64,000 nt of DNA from NCBI GenBank assembly GCA_017511375.1, contig JAFWKJ010000018.1, forward strand, positions 75,115-139,114, in the 5' to 3' direction. The position numbers and the translations under genes were made by a program. The notes under the pieces are model-generated. The model ran no database searches. It saw nothing but the letters and a program-made list of their open reading frames with translations, and was not told the origin of the DNA. The DNA is from Bacilli bacterium (lineage in GTDB: Bacteria; Bacillota_I; Bacilli_A; RF39; UBA660). Within the stretch, counting starts at the first letter, position 1. Every line of letters starts with the position of its first letter. Positions 18,263 to 27,897 of this stretch are shown here, one piece after another.

Positions 18263-18722
18263 TGATAAAGGAACCTTTTTCTTTACCAGAGGTTGTACAT
18301 CCAAATTGAGAGGTTTCCAAGTATATTTCTTCTTCTGATACAATTTTAAATGATATTGTGTTGGAACCGTGTAAGTTCGTTTCTAATAGTTCTTTAAAGT
18401 CATTATGAACAGACATGTTTTGAAGAGTTATTACATCTTTTTCTATTTTATAGTCTCCTTTTATAGAAAGGACTCCACTACACATATTTGCTTTAAATAA
18501 GAAGGTTTTATCTGAAGTTAATTCAAGGGATGATTCCGTATCTCCTTCCGCATCATCATTTAATGTATATTGATAGATTCCAACATAATTTTCTGTACTC
18601 TCTATTATTTCAGTATCACTACCTTTGTCCATAGATTTATTATAGATTGTGTAGCAACAGCATCCAATAACTAATATTGCTATTATGACTAAAATAATAA
18701 TAACCATTTTTTTACTTTTCAC
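18255..18722 (-). CDS. Hypothetical membrane-anchored or secreted protein
   Basis: An N-terminal transmembrane/signal segment (MVIIILVIIAILVIGCCCY) is followed by a soluble domain. No recognisable family was seen. Confidence 0.4.
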   Translation of the reverse strand: MKSKKMVIIILVIIAILVIGCCCYTIYNKSMDKGSDTEIIESTENYVGIYQYTLNDDAEGDTESSLELTSDKTFLFKANMCSGVLSIKGDYKIEKDVITLQNMSVHNDFKELLETNLHGSNTISFKIVSEEEIYLETSQFGCTTSGKEKGSFIKQ

Positions 18723-18832
18723 TTTTCTTCCACCTTTCTATCTTCATTTTATCATGTACTGTTATTTTTAACAATTATATTTTTTGTGGCTATTAATTGG
18801 TTCATACATAGACTATTCTAGGAGGTATATTT

Positions 18833-19135
18833 ATGTATAATAGTGAATATTTTCAAAATCAGAACGAAACGAATATCATGGGAAATAATAATGCAGTGAA
18901 TGAAACGAATGAAATTGATGTGAATATGACTATGCCTAATAATGCTACTACAACATGCCCTAGAGAAAGGGTAGTACATAGAACTTTTGTCCATGAGGTT
19001 CCACATACTTGCCCTGTTCATACACGTATTATCAATCATCATGTTTATAAACATACTTATCGTCCTGTTTATACTTGTAGCGAAGAAAATGTATGTAGTA
19101 ATGTTCAATGTGGATCTTGTAGTCAATACCAATAA
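18833..19135 (+). CDS. His/Cys-rich small protein resembling spore coat protein CotD
   Basis: The sequence VVHRTFVHEVPHTCPVHTRIINHHVYKHTYRPVYTC resembles the H-rich CotD pattern (IVHPTH..HHTF..VPHIHPQH..VNHQH). The RBS AGGAGG is present. A CATAGACTA sequence upstream resembles a SigK/SigE-type -10. Confidence 0.4.
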   Translation: MYNSEYFQNQNETNIMGNNNAVNETNEIDVNMTMPNNATTTCPRERVVHRTFVHEVPHTCPVHTRIINHHVYKHTYRPVYTCSEENVCSNVQCGSCSQYQ

Positions 19136-19227
19136 AATGGCACTGTAAATAAAAATGTCTAATTTTGTCAGTTTACTTGCTTCTTTACAAAAACGGGTTT
19201 ATTGTAATAATAGGGAGTGTGATATGA

Positions 19228-19434
19228 ATGATCTATCCATCTATCGATAAATTACTTAACGTCGTTGATTCTAAATATGAGCTTGTCCATATTGCAGCGA
19301 GAAGAAGTAAACAGATTGCCAAAGAGGGATATTTACAAATGCCTGAGTCCGACTACAAATGCAAAAAGAATATTGGGAGAGCTCTCGAGGAAGTCGCAGA
19401 AGGCTTAATCGAGGTTAAAAAAAGAGAGGAATAA
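19228..19434 (+). CDS. rpoZ: DNA-directed RNA polymerase subunit omega
   Basis: The sequence IYPSIDKLLNVVDSKYELVHIAARRSKQI matches omega. Confidence 0.8.
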   Translation: MIYPSIDKLLNVVDSKYELVHIAARRSKQIAKEGYLQMPESDYKCKKNIGRALEEVAEGLIEVKKREE

Positions 19435-19474
19435 TCTCTCTTTTTTTATGTTATACTTGATATAGGTGAACCTT

Positions 19475-20224
19475 ATGAAGATTCTTAAATATAAAAAGAA
19501 AGCAAATGGTAAATACAGTTTATTCTTAGATGATGGACGAGAATTTGTCTATTATGAAGAAACTATTTTACAATATAATTTACTATTAAAGAAAGAAATA
19601 GATGAATCAGAGTTATTATTGATTCATCAAACCAACTTAGAATATGATGTTTATTATGTTGCCTTAAATAGTATTAAGAATCGATCTAGAAGTGTTTATG
19701 AATTAAAAACCATTTTATTAAAAAAGGAATATCCTCCTGAAATGGTTGATAAAGCGATTGATAAGTTGATAAAACAAAAATATTTGGATGATCGTAGTTT
19801 TGCTAAGAGTTACATTTATACACAAATGGTTACTACGAGTCATGGCCCTAATCGTATTAGAGGGGACTTAATTCAAAAGAAGGTTTCTTCTTCTATTATT
19901 GAGGAAGAGATGGAAATATATACGGAAGAAGAACAAAAAGAAAGAATTCAAAAACTGATTGAGAAAGGGATTCGTTCTAATCATAATAGAGGGGGCCTTG
20001 TATTAAAACAAAAAATAGTGAATGATTTAAAAAACCAAGGTTTTGACTATGATATTATTTCTTCTGTGATTATGCATTTTGATTTTCCTAATAATCAAGA
20101 AATTGCGAAAAAAGAATATGAAAAATATTATCGAAAATATAGTGGTAAATATGAGGGGTATGAATTAAAAAACAAAATACGTGAAAAATTATTTCAGAAA
20201 GGACTTGTTTATGAAGAAGAATAA
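19475..20224 (+). CDS. recX: Regulatory protein RecX
   Basis: The size and repeated three-helix pattern (YVALNSIKNRSRSVYELKTILLKKEY, LDDRSFAKSYI) fit RecX. The RBS TAGGTGA precedes the ATG at 19475. Confidence 0.65.
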   Translation: MKILKYKKKANGKYSLFLDDGREFVYYEETILQYNLLLKKEIDESELLLIHQTNLEYDVYYVALNSIKNRSRSVYELKTILLKKEYPPEMVDKAIDKLIKQKYLDDRSFAKSYIYTQMVTTSHGPNRIRGDLIQKKVSSSIIEEEMEIYTEEEQKERIQKLIEKGIRSNHNRGGLVLKQKIVNDLKNQGFDYDIISSVIMHFDFPNNQEIAKKEYEKYYRKYSGKYEGYELKNKIREKLFQKGLVYEEE

Positions 20225-21599
20225 GTGGATTATATTATTATTTATCTTTGCATTATCATTTTTTGTTCTTTCATTCTTTCATATTGATCCTGATTATTTG
20301 TGGCATATCAAAGCAGGAGAATATATGGTACATCATGGGCTTCTTACAAAAGATGTTTTTTCTTGGAGTGTTACCAACAAATATTGGATGTCACATGAGT
20401 GGTTATTTGAAGTGATGATTTATGGATTAAAACAAGTTTTTGGTAATTTGCATGTATATGTATACTGTTTTACTTGCTTTTTCTCTTTATTACTTATTAT
20501 TTATTTTGCCAATCAAAAACAATTAACTAAAAATATAATTTTTACTTTAATATGGTTTATTTGTTCTATGATGATATGTTTGGAGTTACAATGTCGACCT
20601 CATATTCTTAGTAATTGTTTGCTTGCTCTTACAACTTGGTTTTTGTATGACTTATATCAGAAGGAAGACTCTAAAAAAATATACTTTTTACCACTTATTT
20701 CCATTCTATGGGCTAATATTCATGGAGGATCGAGTAATCTACCATATTTACTTTGCTTCTTGTTTATCATTGCAGGATCTTTTCGGTTTTCTTTTTCTAA
20801 GATAGAAGCTAGGAGACTGACTAAGAAACAATATTTTAAATTCATTGGGGTAATGCTTTTATGTATGATTTGTGTTTGTATTAATCTACATGGTTTTAAG
20901 ATGTTTCTTTATCCTTATCAAAATATGTTAGATACAACCATGATTCATAATATTTCAGAGTGGAGAAGTACTTCTCTTCATGAACCTATACATTATGTTT
21001 ATTTTGCTTTATTACTCTTGATTATTTGTGCTTTCTTATTTAGTAAGAAAAAACTTCAATTTATGGATTTTATTCTATTAGGTTTTTGTGCTTATTTAGG
21101 ATTAAAAAGTATTCGTTTTTGGTTTTATACTTATATAATTATGTCTTTTGTTATATTTGATTATATTCCTAAAAGAAAAGAGGATAGGGGTACCTCATTA
21201 GGAATTATTATTGTATCTATTCTTTCCCTTTTATTTAGTTTTATTAGAGGATTCTCCGTTTCTTATTATTTTCAATTAGAAAAGGAAGATATTCAAAAAA
21301 TTCAAGAAGAAAATCCACAGAGACTATTTAATATGTATAACTATGGAGGAGATTTAATCTACAATGATATACCTGTATTTGTGGATGGAAGAGCTGATTT
21401 ATATGGAAAATATAATTATAAAGATTATTTAGCTCTTTCTAATCTAAATGGAGACTTTACGGCTTTGCTTTTATATTATCATTTTGATTATCTATTAGTG
21501 GATAAAAAGTATCCTATTGCTTATTATTTGAAATACAATGATGATTATGAACTGATTTACGGTAGAGAGAATGTTTTACTCTACAAAAAAAAGAACTGA
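20211..21599 (+). CDS. Polytopic membrane protein, putative GT-C-fold glycosyltransferase (YfhO/ArnT-like)
   Basis: It has about 12 transmembrane segments with an N-terminal loop DPDYLWHIKAGE and overlaps the recX 3' end. Assignment is tentative. Confidence 0.45.
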   Translation: MKKNKWIILLFIFALSFFVLSFFHIDPDYLWHIKAGEYMVHHGLLTKDVFSWSVTNKYWMSHEWLFEVMIYGLKQVFGNLHVYVYCFTCFFSLLLIIYFANQKQLTKNIIFTLIWFICSMMICLELQCRPHILSNCLLALTTWFLYDLYQKEDSKKIYFLPLISILWANIHGGSSNLPYLLCFLFIIAGSFRFSFSKIEARRLTKKQYFKFIGVMLLCMICVCINLHGFKMFLYPYQNMLDTTMIHNISEWRSTSLHEPIHYVYFALLLLIICAFLFSKKKLQFMDFILLGFCAYLGLKSIRFWFYTYIIMSFVIFDYIPKRKEDRGTSLGIIIVSILSLLFSFIRGFSVSYYFQLEKEDIQKIQEENPQRLFNMYNYGGDLIYNDIPVFVDGRADLYGKYNYKDYLALSNLNGDFTALLLYYHFDYLLVDKKYPIAYYLKYNDDYELIYGRENVLLYKKKN

Positions 21600-21622
21600 T
21601 ATAGTTCTTTTTTTATGATGAT
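21585..21622. terminator. Bidirectional terminator
   Basis: The hairpin AAAAAAAGAACTGATATAGTTCTTTTTTT is present. Confidence 0.5.
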
Positions 21623-22608
21623 TTAGCGTTTTCTATTAACTGATTCATGTATTTGTCATAAGCAGATTTTAAAGTAGAATCATTCCAACTGATTTCATGT
21701 TTTTCTCTTACTTTTACTAATGTTTCATAGTAAAGAGCAGAATTATCATTTAGTTTTTGATCTTTTAATTTTTCTTTAATATCGTCTTTTACTTCTTCTA
21801 ACTTTGGTTTGTCTTTTTCTCCTGTTTTTAGGATGATATGATAACCATATTCTGTTTTTATAGGTTCTTTTGTATATTCATCTACTTTTAATTCTCTTAC
21901 AGCATCAGCAAATTCTTGAACCATGGTATCAGGATCAAAATAGTCTAGGTCTCCTCCTTTGGAAGCAGAACCTTTATCGTCTGAATTCTTTTTAGCGAGT
22001 TTTGCGAAGTCTTCACCTTTTTTTATCTTTTTAATTAGTTGTTTTGCTTTTTCTAAGGCTTTTTCTTCGGCTTCTTGTTTCTCTTCGTCTGTTGCGTCTG
22101 CTGCAACATCTGGTGAAATTAAGATGTGACTTGCTTTGATTTGACCACTGATTTTTGTTTCATAATACTCTTTAATTTCTTTTTCTTCTAGGTTTTCTTT
22201 GATGTAATCTTCTACAGCCTGTTTTCTTTTATATTCTAGACGAAGTTTTGTTTTTAATTCTTCTTCATCTTCCGTACCAAAGTATGTTTTTAACATTTGT
22301 TTATAGGTTTCTTCTGTTCCTCCATAGTAGTTTTTTATTTGCGTTATTTGATCCTCTACATATTTGTCTTCTTCTTCTGTTTTTTCATATTCTTTTTCAA
22401 ATAAACTAGTATCAATCATATCTATTAAAGTAGAAATATTATTTTCCTTGATTCTTTCATAGAACTCTGTTGCTGTTATTTTTTCTTCCTTTGTAGATAC
22501 AGCTACCTTTGACCCATTTTTAACTTCTATTTCTTTTCCGCAACCTGTTAATAATAATGATATTGCAAGAAATGCAACTCCACAGGTTAATCCTTTTTTC
22601 ATTTTCAT
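21613..22608 (-). CDS. prsA: Foldase lipoprotein PrsA (parvulin-type peptidyl-prolyl isomerase)
   Basis: The lipobox LLLTGC and the parvulin domain (SHILIS...GGDLDYF) are present. The RBS GGAGGAAAAA precedes the ATG (MKMKKG) at 22608; the ORF track began further upstream. Confidence 0.8.
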   Translation of the reverse strand: MKMKKGLTCGVAFLAISLLLTGCGKEIEVKNGSKVAVSTKEEKITATEFYERIKENNISTLIDMIDTSLFEKEYEKTEEEDKYVEDQITQIKNYYGGTEETYKQMLKTYFGTEDEEELKTKLRLEYKRKQAVEDYIKENLEEKEIKEYYETKISGQIKASHILISPDVAADATDEEKQEAEEKALEKAKQLIKKIKKGEDFAKLAKKNSDDKGSASKGGDLDYFDPDTMVQEFADAVRELKVDEYTKEPIKTEYGYHIILKTGEKDKPKLEEVKDDIKEKLKDQKLNDNSALYYETLVKVREKHEISWNDSTLKSAYDKYMNQLIENAKSS

Positions 22609-22736
22609 TTTTTCCTCCTGTACATAGGTAATCATAACAAATATTTTATTTTCATGCAATAAATAAGGCATTTATCTGCACATTTTCTTAGGTTTGCCAT
22701 AGAATACTTTGAAAGATAAAAAAGGAGGAAATGTTT

Positions 22737-22817
22737 ATGACAAATTGTGGATCATCTACGGCAATTGTATTAGTATTATTCATTCTTTTAATTATAATTC
22801 TTGGACCTTCTATCTAA
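22737..22817 (+). CDS. Tiny transmembrane protein (26 aa), YjcZ/TIGR01732-like. Not in the ORF track.
   Basis: The sequence is MTNCGSSTAIVLVLFILLIIILGPSI. The RBS AAAGGAGG lies 9 nt upstream and a terminator hairpin follows immediately. The VLFILLII core resembles the tiny-TM sporulation family. Confidence 0.5.
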   Translation: MTNCGSSTAIVLVLFILLIIILGPSI

Positions 22818-22818
22818 T

Positions 22819-22846
22819 AAAAAAAATACCATTTGGTATTTTTTAT
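22819..22846. terminator. Bidirectional terminator (tiny ORF / hit)
   Basis: The sequence AAAAAAAATACCATTTGGTATTTTTTATTTT is a hairpin flanked by A- and T-runs. Confidence 0.55.
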
Positions 22847-23235
22847 TTTAATTTATCAAATATGATATCTAAATCATCTACTTTTGTTTTATCATATTGA
22901 AAGTCAGCATTATCTTCTGGGTATCTTGGAATTACATGAATATGATAATGTTTAATCTCTTGACCTAGTTCATTGTTTTGCGCTAAAGAAATGCCTCCAC
23001 ATTGAAGTTTTTCTTTTAATGTAGGATATAGTGTCTTTTTAATGACTTGTAAACTATGTTGAATGACATCTTCTGGTGTATCAAAAATATTTTCATAATG
23101 TTCTTTTGGAATAATCAATAAGTGACCATTTGTAGCAGGATTGATATTCATAATCACTTTAATTACGTCATCCTCATAAACGGTTCTTGAAGGGATTTCT
23201 CCTTCTATAATTTTACAAAATATACAATCTTTCAT
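22843..23235 (-). CDS. hit: HIT family (histidine triad) protein
   Basis: The HIT motif HYHIHVIPR is present and the RBS is AGGAGG. Confidence 0.85.
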   Translation of the reverse strand: MKDCIFCKIIEGEIPSRTVYEDDVIKVIMNINPATNGHLLIIPKEHYENIFDTPEDVIQHSLQVIKKTLYPTLKEKLQCGGISLAQNNELGQEIKHYHIHVIPRYPEDNADFQYDKTKVDDLDIIFDKLK

Positions 23236-23244
23236 ATTTACCTC

Positions 23245-23994
23245 CTAATTTTGATATTGATATGTTATTTCGCTATTACTAATTTCTTTTTTATTTAAAA
23301 TATCACTTATAATCGTTTCAGAATTACCATTTACTAGAAAGTCTTCTGTAATATTTGATATTTTTACGGCCGTAGTTATTTCCTTTTTATTGGTTACTGT
23401 TATTTCATAGTACTTAGGTGTGATATGATTGTTGTTCATTGTTTCAATGATACTTTTTATTCTATTCGTTATTTCTTGAGCAGTCCATTCTTCTATTGTT
23501 AATTCTGTTTGGATATAATAGATTTTTAATTCTATTAGATCTTCTTCTTCCTTTAGTATTTTTTCTTTTACAGGAGTTGAGTATTCATTTAATGTTGTAG
23601 TGGGTTTTACCGTACAAGAAATATTTGTTTGTTTTTTGATTTTTTCTTCTATCGTTTGAGCAATATGGTTTAGGATAGAGTTTCCTTCTTCATAATCTGT
23701 ATTATATGTATCAGAAAAGTCGTTTTTATTATACTTTATATAGAAATATAGATTATGATTATTTCGAGACATTACTTTTTTGGTATAAACATCATCCACT
23801 CTAGTGGTTCCTCCAATAATGATAGAAGGAATTAACTCTCTAAAATTTGTTTCTATGTAAGTATTCATGGCTTTATCGGCCTTTTTTTTCAACATTTCTT
23901 CACTTTTTTCACTTACGACTATTACTCCTAAAGATACGATTAGAATCATGGCAAGTATTCCTTGACCTAATAGTAACTTTTTTTTCTTATTCAT
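23245..23994 (-). CDS. Hypothetical membrane-anchored protein
   Basis: There is a single N-terminal transmembrane segment. The RBS AGGTGA precedes the ATG (MNKKKK); the ORF track began at an upstream GTG. Confidence 0.4.
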   Translation of the reverse strand: MNKKKKLLLGQGILAMILIVSLGVIVVSEKSEEMLKKKADKAMNTYIETNFRELIPSIIIGGTTRVDDVYTKKVMSRNNHNLYFYIKYNKNDFSDTYNTDYEEGNSILNHIAQTIEEKIKKQTNISCTVKPTTTLNEYSTPVKEKILKEEEDLIELKIYYIQTELTIEEWTAQEITNRIKSIIETMNNNHITPKYYEITVTNKKEITTAVKISNITEDFLVNGNSETIISDILNKKEISNSEITYQYQN

Positions 23995-24134
23995 ATTAAT
24001 CACCTACGATTATTGTATCTTATTATTTTTTCTTTGGCAATTTTATTATAAAAAGTTTGAAAACTATTGTTTCGGTAAGAATTCTGTGTTATATTTATAA
24101 GTAGATTAAGGTAGAATATATTGGTGGTGTGTTT

Positions 24135-26123
24135 ATGAAAATCCAAAGAGGAATCGTAAAATATAAGGATCGTAATGATATTGTTTGTACATATGCTTTA
24201 ACAGATGATGGAAAACAATATTACTTTTTAGATGAAACTGAAACTAAGAAAATTTCTAATGGTAATCGTATTGCAACTACACAATTAGTAGAGGCCATTG
24301 ATCCAATGGTAAAAGCTGCGAATGTTGGAGTAATTGATCAAAATGGTGCTGTTATTGTACCATTTGAAAATCGTTCTATACGTTTAGCAAATGAAAATCT
24401 ATTAATTGTTGAAAAAGCAGAACCTACAAGCCAGAATGTTTTGGATGCCATTGAATTAAGAAATGATCCTACCGCTGCCGCTCAGTTGGTTTCAACGCCA
24501 GCTGCTATTAAAGATAGAATAAAAGCACAAATGGGAGTTGAAGGAAACTATTTATTTAATGATCAATTTTCTGAAGCAACTATTTGTGATGCAAATGGAA
24601 CAAATTTAGTTCAAGGAGAAAACTATAGTTTTATTTGTATGGCCAATGATCGTTTATATTTAAGTAAAAACAATTTAGATTCTCCTATTTCAGAATTCTC
24701 ATTAACTACTTATGAATTAACGGAGGCTCAACCTGTTGCGGCTCCAGTAGATGCTATTGATGTTAGTGCTGCTACTGTTGATCCACAAGTGGTTGAAGGT
24801 GCTTTGAATTCTGAGAGTGTGGCTGTTCAAAATCCTGCTATGCCAGCGGAGGGAATACAATCAGAACCAATCGCACCAAGTGTTCCTGTTGTAGAGGCAG
24901 AACCTGCGCCAGTTGATGCAGTTGTTCCTTCTACAGAAGAGACACCAATGGAGGCAATCACTGTTCCGGAAGTAGCTCCACCTCAAGAGGCTGAGGGTGT
25001 TGTTGCAAGTGGCGAAGAAGCTACAGAGGAAGCACCAAAAGAAGACATTATTCATGAATTTATAGATATTCCTGAAACGGAGGCTACAGAAGAAGCGAGT
25101 CAAGCGACTGAAAGTACTCCTGAAAATGGGTTCTCTGATGATTTAAAAGCCTTTACGAATGGAACTCCTGCTGGGGAAGAACCTGTTGCTGAATCAGATG
25201 CTCCTCCAATTGTAGAAGAGGAAAATGCTGATAGTAATACAGTATCTGAAGAGGCACCAAAAGAAGAAGATATCATTCATGAGGTAATAGATGTTCCTCA
25301 AGAAGAGGAAACTGCTGTTGATCTTCCACCAGAAGAGAGCCACGAAGAGCAAGAAGAAATCTTCTCTCCTACAGTAACGGCAAATAATGAAGAAGATAAC
25401 GAGAGTTCAAATCAAACGGCTCCCGTTAATATAGATGCAGAAACGGTTTTTGCAACAGTTGATAGAAATCAAAATGGAATTATAGATAGTGATGAAGTTA
25501 TGGTTCCACAACAAAATCATGCTAGTACGACACCTGATACTATGTTGTCTAATATCTTTAATACCCCAACTTCTGATCCTAAAGATGATTTTGGACTTCC
25601 AAATCCATTTGATTCCACTTATACGCCATCTACTTCTTATGGATCATTTAATAGTATGATAGCAGATACGAAGCCATATGATTCATATGGACCACTTGAA
25701 AGCGATCATCTTATGTCAGATGTAGCTAGATCTATGGCTGAGTTGATGAAAAGAAATAAAGAACAAAGAGGAGCCATTTCTCAATATCAAAGTAAAATTG
25801 AGAATTTAGAGGCTCAATCAAGAATATTATCTGAAAAATACAAAGATCAATCTATGAGATATGAAACATTATCTAATAAATTGAGATCTATGGAAGATAC
25901 TATTAATAGAGCAGAAGCAAGAAATCAATTGCTTGAAAACAAAGTTCGTGATCAAGAAAAACTAATTGCTTCTCAAGAAAGAGAAATTAAAATCTTGAGA
26001 CCTCAAGTTGAAGGAAAACAAGATTTGGTTAGACTTCTTGCTGATGCGAGAACTTTATTAGGAACGGACTCTGGTTATGGATTTGATGATGGAAGTAATT
26101 ATTATGGAGGAAGAGTTGCCTAA
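24135..26123 (+). CDS. Hypothetical acidic protein: folded N-terminal domain, Pro/Glu/Ala-rich linker with internal repeats, C-terminal coiled coil
   Basis: The repeats EEAPKEDIIHEFIDIPETE and EEAPKEEDIIHEVIDVPQEEE occur in the linker. The C-terminal roughly 130 aa show strong heptad character (ENLEAQSRILSEKYKDQ...). Confidence 0.45.
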   Translation: MKIQRGIVKYKDRNDIVCTYALTDDGKQYYFLDETETKKISNGNRIATTQLVEAIDPMVKAANVGVIDQNGAVIVPFENRSIRLANENLLIVEKAEPTSQNVLDAIELRNDPTAAAQLVSTPAAIKDRIKAQMGVEGNYLFNDQFSEATICDANGTNLVQGENYSFICMANDRLYLSKNNLDSPISEFSLTTYELTEAQPVAAPVDAIDVSAATVDPQVVEGALNSESVAVQNPAMPAEGIQSEPIAPSVPVVEAEPAPVDAVVPSTEETPMEAITVPEVAPPQEAEGVVASGEEATEEAPKEDIIHEFIDIPETEATEEASQATESTPENGFSDDLKAFTNGTPAGEEPVAESDAPPIVEEENADSNTVSEEAPKEEDIIHEVIDVPQEEETAVDLPPEESHEEQEEIFSPTVTANNEEDNESSNQTAPVNIDAETVFATVDRNQNGIIDSDEVMVPQQNHASTTPDTMLSNIFNTPTSDPKDDFGLPNPFDSTYTPSTSYGSFNSMIADTKPYDSYGPLESDHLMSDVARSMAELMKRNKEQRGAISQYQSKIENLEAQSRILSEKYKDQSMRYETLSNKLRSMEDTINRAEARNQLLENKVRDQEKLIASQEREIKILRPQVEGKQDLVRLLADARTLLGTDSGYGFDDGSNYYGGRVA

Positions 26124-26263
26124 TTGTTGTTTCAAATCATAAAAGAAATCAACTTTGTTGGTTTCTTTTTTGTATTCTTTCTTTTTTTGTGTTAGAATAT
26201 AGATAAATTTTGTTTCTTAGTGTATATTAATACATATAATATATAGATAAATGGGGTGTATGT

Positions 26264-27457
26264 ATGAATCGTGATGATTTTCCTATATTAAGCCAAGATT
26301 TTGTTTATTTTGATAATGGTGCAACGACGCTTAAGCCTCAGTGTGTCCTTGATAAAATGAACGATTATTATGATTATCATACTTCTAATATTCATAGAGG
26401 GGATTATGATTTTGCAATTAAAACAAATGAGGAATATGATCGTGTTCGCTCTTTGATCGGACAGTTTATAAATGCCAATCCTGAGGAGTGTATTTATACA
26501 AGTGGGACGACTATGTCTATCAATATGGTTGTGTTTGGCTATATGAAATATCATCTTCAAAAAGGAGATGAAGTTCTATTAAATAAGGCAGAACATGCTT
26601 CTAATATTTTACCTTGGATTCGTTTGAGTGAAGAAATAGGGATTGTTATTAAATATGTTCCTTTGAATGAAGATTATTCTTTGTCATTGGATGCGATTAA
26701 AACATGTGTGACAGATCGTACAAAAGTCATTAGCCTTGCGCATGTTACGAATGTTATTGGGGATGTTCGTGATGTAGAGGCAATTGGAGATTACTGTCAT
26801 CAAAACCATATCCTTTTTCACGTGGATGGAGCCCAAAGCGTTCCTCATTTACCAGTGGATTTTAAGAAATGTCATATGGATTTTTTAAGTTTTTCTGGAC
26901 ATAAAATGTGTGGACCTACAGGAGTAGGAGTATTGGTTGGCAGAAAAGAATTATTAAAAGATATGCATCCACTTTGTTACGGGGGAGGAATGAATTCCTT
27001 CTTTGAAGAAGATGGATCTTATGAATTGAAAGACAGCCCTATACGTTTTGAGGCAGGAACTCCTCCTGTTGCAGAGGTTATAGGACTTGGAAAAGCAATC
27101 GAATATTTAATGGAAATTGGAATGGATAAAATTCATGAACATGAAATAGAATTAAAAAAATACCTTTTAGATCAAATTCAGGATATTCCTAATGTGATTC
27201 TATATAATAAAAATAGTCAGAGCGGGATTTTATCCTTTAATCTTGATGGGGTTTTTGCACAAGATGTATCAATTTATTTAAATCATTATCACATTTACGT
27301 TAGAGCAGGAAATCACTGCGCAAAGATGTTGAAAGATGAATTAAAAATAAAAAATACCGTACGTGTCAGTGTTTATTTTTATAATAGTTTTGAAGATGTA
27401 GATCGACTTGTTGAAGCCTTAAAAAATAGTAAGGATATCTTTAAAGTTGTATTGTAG
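26264..27457 (+). CDS. sufS: Cysteine desulfurase (SufS/NifS class, PLP-dependent)
   Basis: It shows aminotransferase class V features, a SGHKMCGPTG Lys region and a conserved Cys (GNHCA). Confidence 0.88.
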   Translation: MNRDDFPILSQDFVYFDNGATTLKPQCVLDKMNDYYDYHTSNIHRGDYDFAIKTNEEYDRVRSLIGQFINANPEECIYTSGTTMSINMVVFGYMKYHLQKGDEVLLNKAEHASNILPWIRLSEEIGIVIKYVPLNEDYSLSLDAIKTCVTDRTKVISLAHVTNVIGDVRDVEAIGDYCHQNHILFHVDGAQSVPHLPVDFKKCHMDFLSFSGHKMCGPTGVGVLVGRKELLKDMHPLCYGGGMNSFFEEDGSYELKDSPIRFEAGTPPVAEVIGLGKAIEYLMEIGMDKIHEHEIELKKYLLDQIQDIPNVILYNKNSQSGILSFNLDGVFAQDVSIYLNHYHIYVRAGNHCAKMLKDELKIKNTVRVSVYFYNSFEDVDRLVEALKNSKDIFKVVL

Positions 27458-27465
27458 GTGGTAGA

Positions 27466-27897
27466 ATGGATGCTAATTTAAAAAGAGAAATTATTTTAGA
27501 CAATTATCAAGAACCTTTTCATAAAGGATTGATAGATGATACTAGTTATTGTAAGGTAAATACTAGCAGTGAAAGTTGTATTGATAACTTAGATTTTATT
27601 ATGAAAATGGATGGCGATGTTATTGAAGATATTCGCTTTGATGGAGAGGCATGTGCTATTAGTACTTCTGTTTCTTCTATTTTTATTCGTAAGCTAATTG
27701 GAAAGACGACAGAAGAAGCCAAAGAAATTCTAAATCATTATAAGAATATGATTAATGAGAAAGAATATAATGCGGATATTTTAGGAGAACTTAATGCTTA
27801 TGATGAAATATACAAGCAACCTAATCGTAAAAATTGTGCTATGTTGCCGGAAGAGGCAATTGAGAAATTATTGGAGGAGTTAAACAATGGGGAATAA
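27466..27897 (+). CDS. sufU: Fe-S cluster assembly scaffold SufU/NifU-like
   Basis: The sequence NPFHKG...ESCIDNL...GEACAIS matches the SufU Cys ligands. Confidence 0.8.
   Translation: MDANLKREIILDNYQEPFHKGLIDDTSYCKVNTSSESCIDNLDFIMKMDGDVIEDIRFDGEACAISTSVSSIFIRKLIGKTTEEAKEILNHYKNMINEKEYNADILGELNAYDEIYKQPNRKNCAMLPEEAIEKLLEELNNGE

Noticed and set aside
18143-18343. 66-aa minus-strand ORF spanning the ffh 3' end and terminator
   Set aside because: It overlaps the ffh coding end and a terminator hairpin and has no start signals.
22709-22900. 63-aa ORF from the track between prsA and hit
   Set aside because: It has no RBS, its frame is wrong relative to the strong AAAGGAGG site, and it runs through the bidirectional terminator. 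The real feature here is the 26-aa tiny-TM ORF at 22737-22817.
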